Assembly (NCBI GenBank): GCA_965285935.1
Contig: OZ260666.1
Location: 67,456,001-67,520,000, forward strand
Source: Ophelia neglecta
Taxonomy: Eukaryota
Direction: 5' to 3'
DNA length: 64,000 nucleotides
Shown: positions 1-24,224 of the stretch, one piece after another
Layout: every line of letters begins with the position of its first letter
Position numbering within the stretch: position 1 is the stretch's first letter
Program-made: the position numbers and the translations under genes
Notes under the pieces: generated by a model
Databases searched by the model: none
What the model saw: only the letters and a program-made list of their open reading frames with translations
What the model was told of the DNA's origin: nothing

Positions 1-2479
1 TAGGCGTTGATGGCTATTTGCCAGGCTATCTGCTATATGGGTTATATGTGTACCTTTACATAACCCACTTGCAGTGAGCCAGAGTTAAAATACCACCATG
101 GCCATGGGGCGGCTTATCCATCACACACTGGCTGTATCATTGGACAACCATTTGACTCCCCAGAAACAGGTGGTGGTTTTCATGTATGGTATTGCACTTA
201 GGACTTAGCTATGCTACATTTCCATAAATGAAGGACCTATTACCAGTTTACATCTACTTCTGAATAGTTGGGGGGAGGGGGAGGGGATCACAGAAAATGC
301 TGCAAGTGTTAAGAGAATTTATATAAAAAATATATATAAAAAAAGTCACTGGTGACGACCTCCTGCCAGTCCATTGCCTTAGTGCCCGTCTTATTACTGT
401 TAAGAGAATTTACATAATCCAGTAGAATTTGGATGTTATCAAGTCTTCACCAGAGTTAGGGGTGGCTGGTCGCTAACCTTGCCCTATAATTTGAGCACTA
501 AGTAAATATTAATTTAAAGAGATTTTGTCTTCATATTTTGTTTAACTTGTCAACAAGAATGCAGTCCACAGAAATATTATTCTTCTAAGGTACAGTCATT
601 TCAATACCCACAGCTATCTGCATTAATCGCAACACTGGACCTGTGCTAGTTGTGTGTTGTCAACAGTAAGCAGTGTCAAAGATGTGTGTTCTTTGAGGTA
701 AAAGGATGGACTGCAGAACCAGAACAGAAATGTTGAAAATTCAGAGAAAAAAATTGTCTATAACTCAGCTACCCTCTCTCACCATTTCTTCATAATTTCT
801 CATCCAAGCAAATGCAACGGTAAACAGCCCCATGAAACACACCAATTTCTAAAGTGGTGCTCATTGCTCTTGCCATCCTTGAGAAATAATGTCTCGTAGG
901 GCCCATTACAGCACCCATAATGTGGAATTAGAGCACCATGCATGACAATAGCAAATTAACTCTTTGGCAGTTTCCTTACAAAATTGCCTGATAAAGTGAA
1001 CTGCTGTCAATGCTTCTTTGGAACATTCCACCTCTTACCAGGGAGCTTCAAGGCCATCAGACGCTTTGATCATCATTTGATGAAACGTTTGACGATCTCG
1101 AGTCCATGATGCCTTTCAGGATGGGAGCTAGATCTAACAGAGATGGGATTGACTGGACGTGAATGTCAGATAACACATGACCCCTTCTCTGCCGTTACAG
1201 CAAACACTCGCCATTGACCTCATTTTACTGGATTCTATAAAATGTCAGTATCATACTTAAATCCTAGGAGTCTCTGAAATTATCACTGAAATTCCCCTGA
1301 GACGGCTATAAATGAAGAAATCTAGATATTAATGTCAGCAGAGATCATAATATGGAAATTTTATATTCTGATGGTGAATTTTACTATTTACATAGAATGT
1401 TGGATGTTTACTGTTCTCATAGAATGTTAGCGCTTCTCAATAAAAAGAATATTGGTCCAATACTTTACTCATCACTCATTATGTCATGTAGATTTGTGGG
1501 AAAATGTATTATTCAGAAGTTGCTTTTGAGATAAGCATCTCTGATAAGGTGAGCAACTCTCTTGATCCAAATTCAGATATTGTTGAAATATGATCAAAAG
1601 TTACATAAAATTAGTAATTTAGAGTGCATTGTCATGGTGTAAGTGATTTCATAAGAGCCTTTCACAGAGCGGCTTTGGTCTGATGGAATAAGTAAATAAC
1701 CCTGTCTGGGTGAGGGCAAACCAATTTGTCAGCTCATATCACAGTCAAATATTTAATATGAACTTAGTGACTCATTTAAAACACATCCTTGATCATTGAT
1801 AATCTCTGCCGGCACTAGATGAAGAGTGTTTTGGATAAATTAACTGATTTCCTACCTCATCAGATGTCTTGTTCTGTTTGAGAGCTGTGCTTATGTCTTG
1901 TTTCCTGCAAAGTGACTAAATGTTAGCTCTTTACAGACAGAACTTGATTTTAAATATCAGTTGATAGGACTTAAAATATTTAATACAAATAACTTTAATG
2001 TACAAGGATTTTATGTAAACAAATTGTAATGTTTTACTCTCTTTTATTAAAGCAAGAATTCAATACATCTTTAGTTTATGAAGTACATGTAACTGAATAT
2101 TTACTTTGACTACTACTGTAATCGCTGCAATAAATATCCACCAAATGATTGTGTTCCTAATAGAAGCATTTCTAATAGATTATTTTTTTCATAACAGCAT
2201 TTAAGAAACATGTGAATGGTGAAGGTTGAAACACAAAACGGAAGCTCTTGTGATGGTTGGTTTTGTAAATGAAAGCATGGGAAAAGGTCGACTTTCAATT
2301 TCTTTTGCTTTTTGCCTTTGCTTTTATGCTGACAGTCTCTCTGCTCATGTCCCCATCTTGTGATGTGATGGCTCTGTAGCAGAGAGATGTTGCATCTAGG
2401 TGTTAAAAGGAAAGTTAAGCTTTCACAGGCAGACCTGGGACATTTAAATACCTCCATTTTATGGAGGTATAAGATGCCG

Positions 2480-2700
2480 GTGGGAAGGGCGGAGGCCCCA
2501 GAGGTCTGGGGGCTGAGCCCTCGGGTGTAGGTCTGGAGGTTGAACCCTGTGATAGCTGAGCCCCCAGATGTAGGTCTGGGGGCTGAGCCCTAGATGGCTC
2601 TGAGCCCCCAAATGGCTGGGCCCCAGACCACTGAGCAGCTAGATGTAGATCTGGAGGCCGAGCCCCCAGATGGCTGAACTCCCAGTTGTAGTTCGGGGGG
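2480..2700. repeat. Degenerate GC-rich tandem repeat (ggggctgagccc...agatgtaggtctgg)
   Basis: Several imperfect copies of gctgagccc and gtaggtctgg. Confidence 0.6.
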
Positions 2701-5700
2701 GAGGGGGCATTAACAGCCCAAAGTCTTGACCTGCTTGTTTCTTACACTAGATAAGCCAGGGCCTTTAACCTCCACCATTTTGTAATGTGTGATCCAACCA
2801 CTCTGGTATCTGTCAGCTGCACACACGTCTGTTGTAAAACTGTAGAGTTTTGTTTAAGCGTATTTTGGTATCATTTATTGGCTAACAGTCCAAATAAGGT
2901 AACAACAAGTCTGCCTGTTTGGCCTTAATGTTGGAAACTATTGGCTTTATTTTACAAATCTCTTTTAGTTCTCTGTCAATTCGAAGTCAGGATTAGTGAT
3001 GATTTCATAACTTTATGAAAAACCTTCCGTTTGATCCTTTTTATGTTTGAGCAATTTGTTCTTTGCAAGTTTTACATTTTAAAGTGTATTCATTTATAGT
3101 ACAGTGGAAAGAAAACAGGACAGCCAGAAATGTGTTGATCTCCACACGGATTGGCACATGCAGTGGTTTTAGTGTGTACATGTAAACTTGCAAGGCTGAG
3201 CATGGCCAGACATGTAGTTCATGGGACCCTCGAGACAGAACACAGTGAAACCCCTAAATATAAGTCCTCTCTATCAATTCACTGAGACATCAGGCTCATC
3301 TGATATACATTATGTTATAAACTGTAATAAATAGGCCTATAAAAACAGCAATCATTAAATGTAGACAAAGTTTTTGCCTAGGTCATATTTTATTTTATTT
3401 TTTATAATGAATCTTGCATGAAGAACTCTTTATTTCTTAAGTATTAAATATTGTCTGTCCATGCCTTCCTATCTGGAATAAGATGTACTAGCACGAAGCA
3501 TTGGTCCAACATTGGGCCAATGTCAACAACATTGGGCCAGCATTGGCCCAATCTATGACCAGTGCTACATTGGGAAGATTGGAGGGAAACAATGGGGTCA
3601 TGTGTGTCTTCAGAGATTGGGAGGGGATACCGGCTCCTGAGCAATTTGTTGAATAAAAAAGGGGTGGCGCTGACCCTGGTGTCCACACTCATCTCTCCCT
3701 GCCTCTCACCTCTAGGTCTGCCAGAGATAGTTTCCAATTAAAGGTTATGGCTGGGTGGGATATGGCCACTGTCAGTTAAATGACAAGATCACTACATCTT
3801 TCTACAGTAAATTGCCTTAATTTTGCAAGGTACCTAGGTATGGGTGAAAACTGCCAGGTCATCGTGCAACAATGCTCTCAGACATGCAACCAAAACCAGA
3901 TGAAAGAACTCTCGTTGGTAGTTACCTGTGCTGGTAGTTAATATAGTCCCAGTCAGCTGGAACAGTTAATTGGAAACCCTGGTGCTAAGAAAGGCAGGTT
4001 TAAAAGATTTTAATGTCTTCTTCTTACTTGAGAATTATGTTTATTATGGCTGATGATGTCATTGAGTAAAAGATCCTGTTTATTAGCATAGTATTGCAAG
4101 ACATTTTAATTGTGATTGCCATGGCATCCATGAAGAGTTGAGTTCCTAAAGCAGTCATTGGTTATGTTAGTATTATTATTTAAATTGTCAGCAGATATAT
4201 TAAGGTGCTCAGATCTATTTTGTAGGCAGGAGCATCAGGTTAAAAAAATGTGTATTCTGCTGAAGAGGAATTCTAGCCGTTTAGTGGGTAAAAGTAACTT
4301 GGATTCTAAATATAATAGTATTGATTAATTATTCTTTCTAGTTTTATATACTAAAGATGGCGTATTTAACTCTACATAAGTTAGCAGGACCTATTTAGTG
4401 CAGTTTTGATGGTGAATAGAAACCCAGTAAATATGGAAACCTGTTGATTCATCTTTCATCTTTTGTTTTATGATAGTGTGGGTCCTATTTCTTCGTTTCT
4501 TCATGCATTTCAAGTAGATTTTGGACATGCTTTACTCCCCTGATGCATGAAAGCATGAAATAAATTCATGTCGGTATATTGTAAAACTTGGGTAAATTGA
4601 TACATTCAATAGAGCCATGTCCTGCATAAATCTGAGAAATAGCAAGCATGTTTATGGTGGTCTTTTTGTGTCTGGCAATGTATGTCAATAGGGTGTGTCT
4701 GTTATGAGGCATAAATGAAGTGGTAAAGGAAAAAAGCATGATGGTGGTATGTTGTTTGAAAAATTTCCCTAGATATGAAAACTACTTCTGTTTTGGTAAT
4801 AAATAATGGACACCACACCTCTCCTTGTCTGCTGCTTCAGATTAACTGGGGTAGCTGAGGTAGCATTGACTTTTATGATGTCTGTCATAGTTACAAAAGA
4901 ATTATAATCAATTGTCTTCAGCAGCTTAAGAATTTAAAATGAGATTTCAAGTGACATTCGAAAAACTTTTGCACCCACAATGGGGTCACCTGATTGTTCA
5001 TGTTCGTACTAGTCTGCCAATACCAGGGGTACTGTATATTAAAGATGAGGTCATGTACATTTGAATACCTCTTGTCAGCTGTGCATATTTTGTGGTCATA
5101 TAGAAACTAGCTGTATGATAATGAAGTGCCCCCTTTGAATACATGTCAAAGATTTGCGACCTTTGTATAACGTATACATTATAATTAAGGGCCCTGGATG
5201 GTATGATGAAATGATTCATGGCTGTTTCACAAAGTATCTAGTTTTACACTCTTAACCCATCACTACTATTCATCAAAGTGACATAAAACTGGTAGTTTTT
5301 ATGTGTGTACTGGAGTGTCTTCAGATTTGAAGCCAGGTTTGGCTTTTCACTAACATTGATCCTGACATTAATGTAGGCTGTCACTTGATCCCATGGATCT
5401 CTGCTCTATGGGTCAAGAGAAATGTTTTGGCTTGCATTTCACTGAGTGCTAGGAAATGACCCAATTAGAAATTTGATATAGCCATTCCAGAAATTATTGT
5501 CAGGGACTAGTCCAGAAATAGTGTTAGGTTTTCCAGACATATTCCTTGGGGACTGTTTCTGAAATACTTCGCACACACTCTTCTGTAATACATGTGATCC
5601 TCGGGGGGGAAATTCTGAAATAATTTCACGAAATATTCTGAAATATTCCCAGAGAGAGATGGTTTATTTTGGTGGTAATCTTCCTCAAAATAAGCCACCA

Positions 5701-6845
5701 CTTGGTGACCCAGGTCACCTTCACCTTCAATTGTAAATTTTCAAATAACTGAAAATATTTGGCTTTGGCATTGTACCAGTGATTACCTTTTCATGGTTGG
5801 TTGTTAAACCATTAAAACATATTGAATTGTCTATTTGATAACTATAAGTTAGAACCCACTTCAGATAATAGTTTATTTTGCTATCAAGTGAAATAGTGGT
5901 CTACTTTCTTTTGAAATTGAAAGTTTTACTCCACCAGTGCTGCATGACAGAACAATTGGAACAGAGAGCTAGAAAACATTAATTATATTTTTTAGTTGAA
6001 TAGCGATGGTAGATTGCCTACTTGCTATCTTCCTGAACTAGTAAAATTAGTAAACATTTTTCTGCAAGACAAACTGTAGCAAGGTTTTTTAGGACAAAGG
6101 GCCCAGATCTTGATGAGTAGCAACAGTATAGCACTTCAAAGGATATGTATGTACATGTAATGGATTGTTAAGGATTCACTTATAGTAAAGTTGATAATAC
6201 TACTACCATGACTGCCGAGCTGCACCAGACTTGATCCCATCTACTTCCTACTACGTTTTCAGGCAGACATTCAAAAGTGGGACTTGTTTTATAACTGAAT
6301 TCTCATTGTTATTGGTTTTGGTTCCACTTTTCTCTTGCCGTTCCCACTTTTCCCACAAAAATTCGAGTATGCAGATGACAACAAGACTGGTTTCTCTCCT
6401 CAAACACACTACCAATAGGATGGAAAAGCAGGACATTCCTGGTCAAGTGATTTTGTTGACAATGCAACGATGGTTCCTAACAAACCAGAGAACACCTTGA
6501 GCCGATTAGAAGTACACACACAAATACCCTGCCTCTGACATTTCCCACAATTTTATTAATTAGCAGTGTATTATAATATCGAATTAGCATAGTTAAGAAA
6601 CATTAAAAGCTTGTGGCAGAAAAGTAACAATGTTTTGCATAGTATTTATATTGCAACTACCACAGCAAGTGGGAAACATCCCGCTTTATCGATTACCTCC
6701 TCGGCCCTTTGTATGTTGAACATCTGTATTGTGGCCACAATGATGTTTGGTTTATAAGACAATTTTTTAACTTTGCTTATAAGTGAGAAGCAGGCTTATG
6801 CAACAGAAAGCTAGTATTTATCTCAATTAGTAGCATTAACCTTTC

Positions 6846-7269
6846 AAATGTAACTAAGATCTTATTAATGAACATTTCAAGTGTAGCTGAGATCTTATGA
6901 ATGTGCATTTCAAGTGTAAGTAAGACCTTAGAATGTACATTTTAAGTGTAGCTAAGCTTTTATGAATGTTCATTTCAAGTGTAGCTAAGATCTTCTGAAT
7001 GTACATTTCAAGTGTAGCCAAGATCTTCTGAATGTACATTTCAAGTGTAGCTAAGATCTTCTGAATGTACATTTCAAGTGTAGCTAAGATCTTCTGAATG
7101 TACATTTCAAGTGTAGCCAAGATCTTCTGAATGTACATTTCAAGTGTAGCTAAGATTTTATTAATGTACATTTCAAGTGTAGCGAAGATTTTATGAATGT
7201 ACATTTCAAGTGTAGCTGAGATCTTATGAATGTACATTTCAAGTGTAGCTAAGATCTTATGAATGTACA
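6846..7269. repeat. 33-bp minisatellite, ~13 copies
   Basis: Unit aatgtacatttcaagtgtagctaagatcttctg; generates the ATLEMYIQKIL repeat ORF on the - strand. Confidence 0.95.
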
Positions 7270-9212
7270 ATCGATGGTCGGAACTTGTGGGAACTGTGAA
7301 AGCCCTAAGGCAAATGATCAGGCCAGCACGGCGACGCAAACGCTATCCCCTGAAATAGATGTATCCATTTAAACAACTCCAAATTATTTGTGTCATAAGT
7401 CAAATATTGAAGGAAATTCACAGCTCTTGATGTGCTATTCTTTGCCACTGAAGAAACCTGCTATGCTACACAAGTGGATGCCATGGCTCTAGCACTTTGC
7501 TTTTTCCTCCCATCCCCTCCACATCCCTATGAGCTGAGCCACTCCCCTCCCCCCCCCCCCCCCCCACTCCCTCCTGATCTATTTCCTCCCATCCCCTTCA
7601 CATCCCCCAGAAATATACCATTGTCATAATATGTTAGAAGTAAAGCCTCCACTAGCATTGACAGGCATGCTCTTCAGTACCCAGGTAAGTGTGTCTCCTA
7701 CACCTTCCCTGAGGTGGACCCATTTCAGCACAAGTTAAGAGGGTGAGGGATGCTGACACCCTCTCCCCCAAAATCTACACTTACAAGCCCAGCCACCTGT
7801 AGAATGTTTTGTTATTGGTATATTTAGTATATTGAGATGCTGGCCTATTCACAGTATGACCCTTTTGACGGTTTGACCCGGTATGACCCGGTATGACGCC
7901 TGTTTTAGGTGTAGCTGTTCAGGAAGCAGCTGCCTGCCTAGTCACTGTTATTGATGTGCCAACACAGTTTAGTTGGCATGCAACCAGCTTTTTCTGTCAA
8001 ATGCAGTTCCTTCGACAATGGTCTATGTTCAGGGTTGTCACTGACCTCAACCAAAGGTCGGTGTTAAATAATTGGAGCATACTGATATGTATTCAAACTA
8101 TTCAATAACAACAGTATTAACTTTTAACCCTTTCCTTAGTTTTTTAGTTTTTAGAATTGTAATAAAAGCTAAGAGACACAAAATGCTGGTAGAACAAGAG
8201 TTACCAGTAATATGGATATCAAAACACATTACATGTATAAAAAAGTATCTTAGGTAATGTAAGAATTTTAATCCAAACAAATATTGACAACAATTTGCAA
8301 TAATAAAGCATTCTCTTTGGTGCTTGCTTACAGCGCTGTTGTCACTCAGGCTCTGTAGAGGAAGTCACTATTTTAAAGTGGCTAATATGGGCTACCGAAG
8401 GAGAGGGGGTCCACTTCAAGCAGCTCAAAGTTTAATTATGATATTTCAACTGATAGATCTTAAATCAGTGAAAGTGTGCAGCACCAAAGACATTGGATCT
8501 TATCACTATGGGAAATTCACCAGAATAGGTATACTGTAATGATGAATTGTTCACTTGGGTTTAAATTTCAGGGATTTTGGGAAAAACAGACCAGTCACAA
8601 AATAATACATTTTATAAAAAAAATATTGTCTTCGCATGTATATATCCAGTCTCTACATGTACATATCTAGATGGCAAGGAAATTAAAAACAATTTGCAAA
8701 AGCATGAATTTAACCCCCATAAACAGTTTTACCGCTACAGTACCCAGTAATCATACGAGGAATCAATAAGTTGTTTGAACAGGCCAGTGGCTTGATAACT
8801 ACGTCTGACTTGTTGGCAGAGTGCCCAGACTATTATACTTGTTGAGGATTAGCTGTTTTGCGTGAGTTCCCGGAAACCGATCGACTCCAATTAAAACCCT
8901 CGTCTGGTATCAGAAACGATGAAAAGGTCTGCCTCCATTGATTAGCTTACTTCTATGGGTAATTCAATCATTAAAAAATTCCAGTCTAAAAGGTTGGCAT
9001 GATGTATAAGAGATCATTCTACAAAGATTATGTCCATAAACTTGTATTAGTATCTGGGTCGGAAGTTGTTACACATTATTTATAGTACTTGGTGAGTTTT
9101 TACCAATATTGGTAAAATCTGTCTAAGTTTAAGCCAATGTTTTCATGAATTTTTAAGGGGTTGAAAAGGCCAAAAGGAAACAAGCTGAGCAAAATTTGTA
9201 AGGTTGAGTATT

Positions 9213-9362
9213 TTGGGGCAGGCCATTTGGATTATAGGTAATGTTGGAGGATTATTGGGGCAATCCATTTGATTTCTAGGGTAAGGTCCATCATAGTTAG
9301 GGCAGTCCATTTGACTTCTAGGGTAAGGTTGAAGATTATTGGGGCAGTCCATTTGATTTTAG
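9213..9362. repeat. ~42-bp tandem repeat, ~3.5 copies
   Basis: ttggggcagtccatttga recurs at ~42-bp spacing. Confidence 0.8.
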
Positions 9363-11807
9363 GGGGTATGCTGTTAGCAAATAAACAGATATATTTGAAA
9401 TTTGCATGAAAAAATAACTATATTTGATGCTGACCACGTTAAGCGCATCATTTGTCTTGTACAAGTTCTAGTCTAGATGATTGTGGGAGGGAAAATCAAT
9501 AATAAGTAGTAATTTTTAAATGAAAGCAGTTGTTCACGAATCCCAAGTGTCATGTTCTACATGTACAGTAGACATACCGGGATTCACCTGGTCAGAAGGA
9601 ATTTGACCTGACATTTGTTTAGGAGGAGCTTGTTAAAAATGACATATGTTTATTTCTTGTTCACCTACTTTTGTAAACAAGCCATCCAGGTATTTATAAA
9701 TACAATTTGCCTCATACTCTTTGGACTAAAGATTGAATGTTTCCGAAAGCTACCGTCCGTAAAGGAACCAAAAAACCCCATGCTACTAGCAGCTAGAGCT
9801 CTGTCAGTTGATAACAAAGATTTCTAGATTCAAACATATTCCTGTGGGTTTGGATAGACTATAGGATCATCTGGCAAGCCACGTCTTATCCATCCGGGGA
9901 CAGAGGTACAATTCTACCATCCATAAAGGGCGCCAGGAAGCATCTCCATAGAGTGTGGGTTGACCATAGAGGGGTGTGGCTGAGAGCTCTCCAGCTTATG
10001 AGCTATTGCGTAAAATGTTTGTATTTGGAAATCCGATCATGTCTAGATAAGAGCCTCTTGTCTCATAAAATTACTAGAATCCCCAACTTTGGACTTGGGT
10101 TTGGACTTGGGTTTGGACTTGGCTTGTCAAAATATTGGAAACTCAAAAAGATCATTGATTAAAGCATTATCTCACAATCGTTTCTATTACATATACACAT
10201 TAATTATTGTTTTGTAGGCATCATGGACACATGTATACTAGTTGCTACTACAATCTGCTACCATCAAGTAACTGTGGGAAAGCAGCTCAGACTGGCAGTC
10301 TGAGCAGAGCAGTCTGAGCAGAGAAGTCTAAGCAGACCAGTCTGAGCCACTGCTGTCTGTCAGAGAGTTTTAGGTCTGTCCTTGCCTTGGTATCACTGAT
10401 GATACAAGGCAACTCAATTTATGGTACAAGTGGGCTAAAATGTGTCTTTGATCGAGGTATCTGGAAACACTATGTTAGCTCAATATGTGTGTGTGGGGGG
10501 GCAGGGTTTGAACCCCTTTGTATTTCAAACAAGTTGCACTACAGAGCATCTGGAGGGTTCAGGACTTGGGTCTCCTTCATTTGCTCAGTCATCCGACCCT
10601 TTTATACCAAAGGAGACACCGGCCTATGCAATGAAAGATGACCCCCCTTTTTATCCTGCACTCACAGAGAGTAAGGATTTACCAAATTTTCAAGGGACCG
10701 AGTTCCTTTACATAGAAAATGAAAATCTAAATAGCAGAACACATTTTTCAACAAGCTTTGATGCAAAATGCTGACCTCCATATTTTCGAAACTCTTATAA
10801 ATAGATTCTTACTTAAATCATGTAAATGCTTCTCATAAAGAAGACCAATATTCTGTCCAGACCGCCTCCTTCATATGTAGGCTTCGTTTCCTGTCCACAT
10901 CAGTGACTGCACGCTTGGAAAGTGTATACGATGGCGTTGCTACTTTATTAGGCAGAAGTCGGTTGTTGAGGCTGATTTCAATCACAAAATTAGTTAGACC
11001 AACTGATGAACACAATTATTGATACATATTGGATTAAATAGTCAAAATCTTTTAATCCATTTGACCAATGATGATGAATGCCAAACACGGCTATTCTTTT
11101 ACCATAGTTGCTGCTGGAGAGTTAGTATTTGCATATGTTTTAGCACACCTAAACCAGTGGTTACCAATAGCTGGATGAGCGACAATACAGTTCATTCACC
11201 ACCAAACTGTGCTTTCAAAAGGATGTCCACCAAAAGGCTGTTCACTATGGAATCCTGCTAATTCTTTTGTGATCCAAAAGAAGAATTGACAAGTTTATAT
11301 GTGTTAAGATGTCTTTGGTGTTATTCATAAACAGTCTTTAATATTAGTCTGGCAAACGGTCTTGTGATGAGCTGTACCCAAAACTTAAGTGCAGGTTTCC
11401 ACAGATGAAAATATGTCTCCTTTAAACTTAGTAGGTGTGCCTGATATATTACCGGTATGATGTGCTGAGGACTCTGTGCCAATGGAGTGAGTTTGACCTT
11501 TACTCAGATGCCAACTTCACGATTGTGAAAAATGAATCCTGGGCTTTCCCAGTGTAAATTAGGTTGATTTTAACTCAAATGAGTACAAGATCTATGTGTT
11601 CTGTTAATTAACATGAACCAATTTGAATCCTATGGGCTCAATTTGGGCGTCTCAAGGCTCAAGTCAAATCATGTGGAGATTTTATTTTGTGGGTAATAAA
11701 TTATTAATAAATCATGTTGGGTAGGTGCAACACAGTAGCAGAATTTTATGTAGTTTTTAAGATGCTTTAACTGGGTGGGGTGTGTTTCAAAACTGCTGCT
11801 GAATAGG

Positions 11808-12126
11808 TTGTTGTTGTTGTTTGGGGTTTTACATGGCTTTCAACACTTATCGGTCATATCGCCACAGTGCCTTTTTGTGACAGTGGGCTCAATGCCCTCT
11901 TTAGGGTGCTGCCTCACTGGAGTGCCTGCCGTAGACACCAGACAGGGAACCCCACCCAGTCACATTATACTTACAACTGGTTGACCAGTCCTGATACTAC
12001 CCCCAAAATACCGGGCACCTGGCAGGGGAGCTATTTTTACGTCTTATGTTTGACGTGATCGAGGTTCGAACCCTGATCTCCCACTTGCGAGGCAGACACC
12101 CTAAACACACGGCCACGCTTTGGTGG
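11808..12126 (-). mobile_element. Full-length tRNA-derived SINE (Meta/MESC-core type) with 14-bp TSD
   Basis: On the - strand: tRNA-like head with B box ggttcgaacc, core gactggtcaaccagttgtaagtataatgtgactgggtgg...cagtgaggcagcac, and (caa)n tail. TSD tgctgctgaatagg at 11794-11807 and 12127-12140. Confidence 0.88.
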
Positions 12127-15100
12127 TGCTGCTGAATAGGGGAGATTTATAAAAAAAAACTTTCGTGCATACCAAAGCATGTACTGTAGTTTCATGTTGT
12201 GTTTATTGCTTCACCAGAGCTTTAGACTTGGGTAGATATTCAGGATCTGTTAACAATGAGCAAATAAACTGTTGCGAAGGTCGTCTCTTTTGACAAAATG
12301 GAACATTGAGGAAAAAAGGAATTCCATAGGTATTGATTCCATTGTCGTGGGGTGCCTCATTATCAGGTGGATTGATTGTAAAATAACCTGTAAATTCTCG
12401 TCAGATCAATACTTCCATTGTGATTATAGCCCTAATCCAACTCTTGCTCAAATCCATCACAATCTTACTGGAGATACTTGGTCCCCCATCATCTGAATGC
12501 TTTGGTGTGCCTCTATGCCAGGGCCAGTAAACTGAACAGGCAGCCTGAAATGAAGGGGGGGATTTATGTCACAAGCATTCCCACAAGCCAGTTTCAAGAC
12601 GGACATGTATGGAGGAACCCAAAAAGGCGATTGAAATTTAAGAGTACTATAGGTTAGGAATCAAGGCACCAGACCCATTTTTCTTTTACTGAACTTTGAT
12701 CGTCAAAGAGATAAATAAGCAAAAGATAAAACAAACCTTTCATTTGCCCTGTGTTCATCTGGTCAAAGAAATAAATACTTGTTTACAAAGGGGGTAGACT
12801 AGCCTTTTATATTTGGAAAAGGGCAGACGTATTTCTAGACAAAACATGCCATTGAGTTAATTGAGTCACCATGGCCTAGTTTTAACCCCCTTGGTAGCTT
12901 TTCCTCCTTGGTGCTCTGGTATTCTTTCCCCTAGGAAAGAGTTTTTCCCTTGTAAAAAGACAGCAGCCATGTTGAAACTTTAAAAGTGTATCAAGAAAGC
13001 ACTGCACAGGTACTTCTAAAACTGGCCTTGACCTACACAGGTCATGAACTCTAACTGCAGGGGGAATTTGAAGTGAGTCACCTTTGATCTTATGTTGATT
13101 GAAATGTAGGTGGAGAGGGGGCAGTGGTGGATCCAAGGTTTTTACAGAAAAGAAGGGCTGTTCTTACTAGAAGGCTGTAAAATAGGGTGCCCCTTGCAGA
13201 GATTAGTTGGGAGACTTGGTTCCCAGAGACCCCTCTGTGAGGGCTAAAGCCTTCCCTGTATATATAACACTCTCTGGAGTAAATATTGGAAAGAAAAGTG
13301 GGCTGAGACCCCATAACCCACATCTAAATCTGAAGGTGAGAGACCAGGGATTAAGGGAGCAGGCTCTCTCCTAATCAGTGATCTCCTGTTATTTACCCAG
13401 ACTGGCTGGCTGACTATCGCACTTGGTGTCCTGGTCTATTAGTTAAATACCTTTTTACATGAAACAGTGCTCCAGGCTTTTTATTTTGAAGGGGCAGATG
13501 GCAAAATCATGAAAAGGAAAACTGTTCTGTTTTAGGGAGGTCAGAGTTCATAGCTGCTTTAATTCAATAATCGCAACATTTACTAACAAGTATGTTTTGT
13601 TGGAATATCCTGCAAGCCATGTTTTCCTTCAAAAATAATTTCCCACGTTTTGTCATGATAAAAATGTCTTGTTATAAAACGGCTTTGAATTCCTGGTCAT
13701 GGAAAATACTTGGTTTACGGCAAAGAAAATCTCACAATTATTGCTTTCTGACAAAAATCAATAGGTGTTGCCTTCATTTAGGTAACGCAATGGAAGACTG
13801 CTTGGATGCAATTGTGTCTGAACCTGCCATGTATTGATTTAATATCAGTAAGATGGAAGGTCTCGTGCAAAACTAATAAAGTTTATTTAGACACATAGCA
13901 GGTTATCGATGATTATAATCTCCGACACATCATAGAGCACTTCATGCAGCCAATAGGTTGACTCTGAGTCTTTAATCCTTTGTATGGATTAGGGCCCAAT
14001 TAGCAGATACCATAGATACTGTCCACCATGTCTCTCTCCCCCCCCTCCCCCTCCCCCCTCTTGAGGGACAATCCTACAGAACCTTTATATTTATATGTAG
14101 GAGATTCACAAATCCTTGGCAGGCACACCAACAATAAAATCAGGTTTTACCCACTCTCTCATCTCACCATTATCAAATCAGTTAGAGCACCTATCAAAGG
14201 AGTGTTTTTAATTTTTTTCATCAAATGCAATCTACTCAGCACATTGCCAGAGTTCTATTGATTACAGTACCTAATAAGACAGGCATATCTATCTCGCCTA
14301 TCAGGCTAATCTACTTATAGGAGTGGTTCATGTTTTTCCAATCTTCTTTTGAATTAGCCATATGTACAGCAAACCACAAAATTGTTATGAGTACTATTCC
14401 CCAATTTCCAATAGGGGCATTTCTTCTCAGCTAAAGCATGTGGAGATCTTTCTCATTATTCATTTATGATGGGAAAAATATGCAGTAGGCAACCCTTTGT
14501 AATGATAATTCTGGGGACAATATAGGATTAGGATAATATTGAATTAGTGATGTTTGTGCAAAGTTATGCCGTGTAACTTAGTTTGTTTTGTTCGTCCGTG
14601 TTTAGGTTAGGAGCAGGTTAGTTGACACGTTATGTATGCCATATTACAAATTTCAAATGGCTCAAGGTTGCCTTTTTTATGATAATTTTGTTGATATCTT
14701 GAACAACAAACCATTGCCCTATGAACAAAACAATAATACAATAATACATTTTACTTCCACTGCAGTGTAAACTGTTAATTCAATTGCAAAATATTTTGCG
14801 ATTCAGCACTTTCAGAATTTCATAACGTTATCCATTGTATGTTGCTATGATCTCATCTTGATACTCCAATCATGATCTCTGATAGAAGTCATATCCTTTT
14901 TGGTGTTTTTGAATTCATGAATTTTTGCTACTGCAATTTGATAACATCAAATGTATGATCAAGTGGCCGTTATTTTTCTGTACTTCATCGAGATAAGTTT
15001 AGTACAAAAATTTTGCCTTTTTTATTACTCATCTCTTATAAAAGAGTTTAATCTTACATATTTCTGTGTCATCCTAAATGTTATGTGGCATATCTTTGCC

Positions 15101-15247
15101 AAGTGTTCCTTGTAACCCAGGATAAGAATGGCATGGAATTCAATTAAGGTTCATTTGCCCGTGGGCAATATCAACTCTTCAAATTGCATTATGTCAGTTT
15201 AAATCAATATCATGTGCATGTAAAAAAGCAAAACATGCCAAGAGTAA

Positions 15248-24224
<8,977 letters not shown>

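Noticed and set aside
6846-7269. CRISPR-like array
   Set aside because: Units are contiguous with no unique spacers, in a eukaryotic context
10600-10650. KETPAYAMKD resembling the kinase subdomain II motif (KDTGHVYAMK) of the missing STK38 exon
   Set aside because: The flanking residues do not match NDR and there are no suitable splice sites; likely chance
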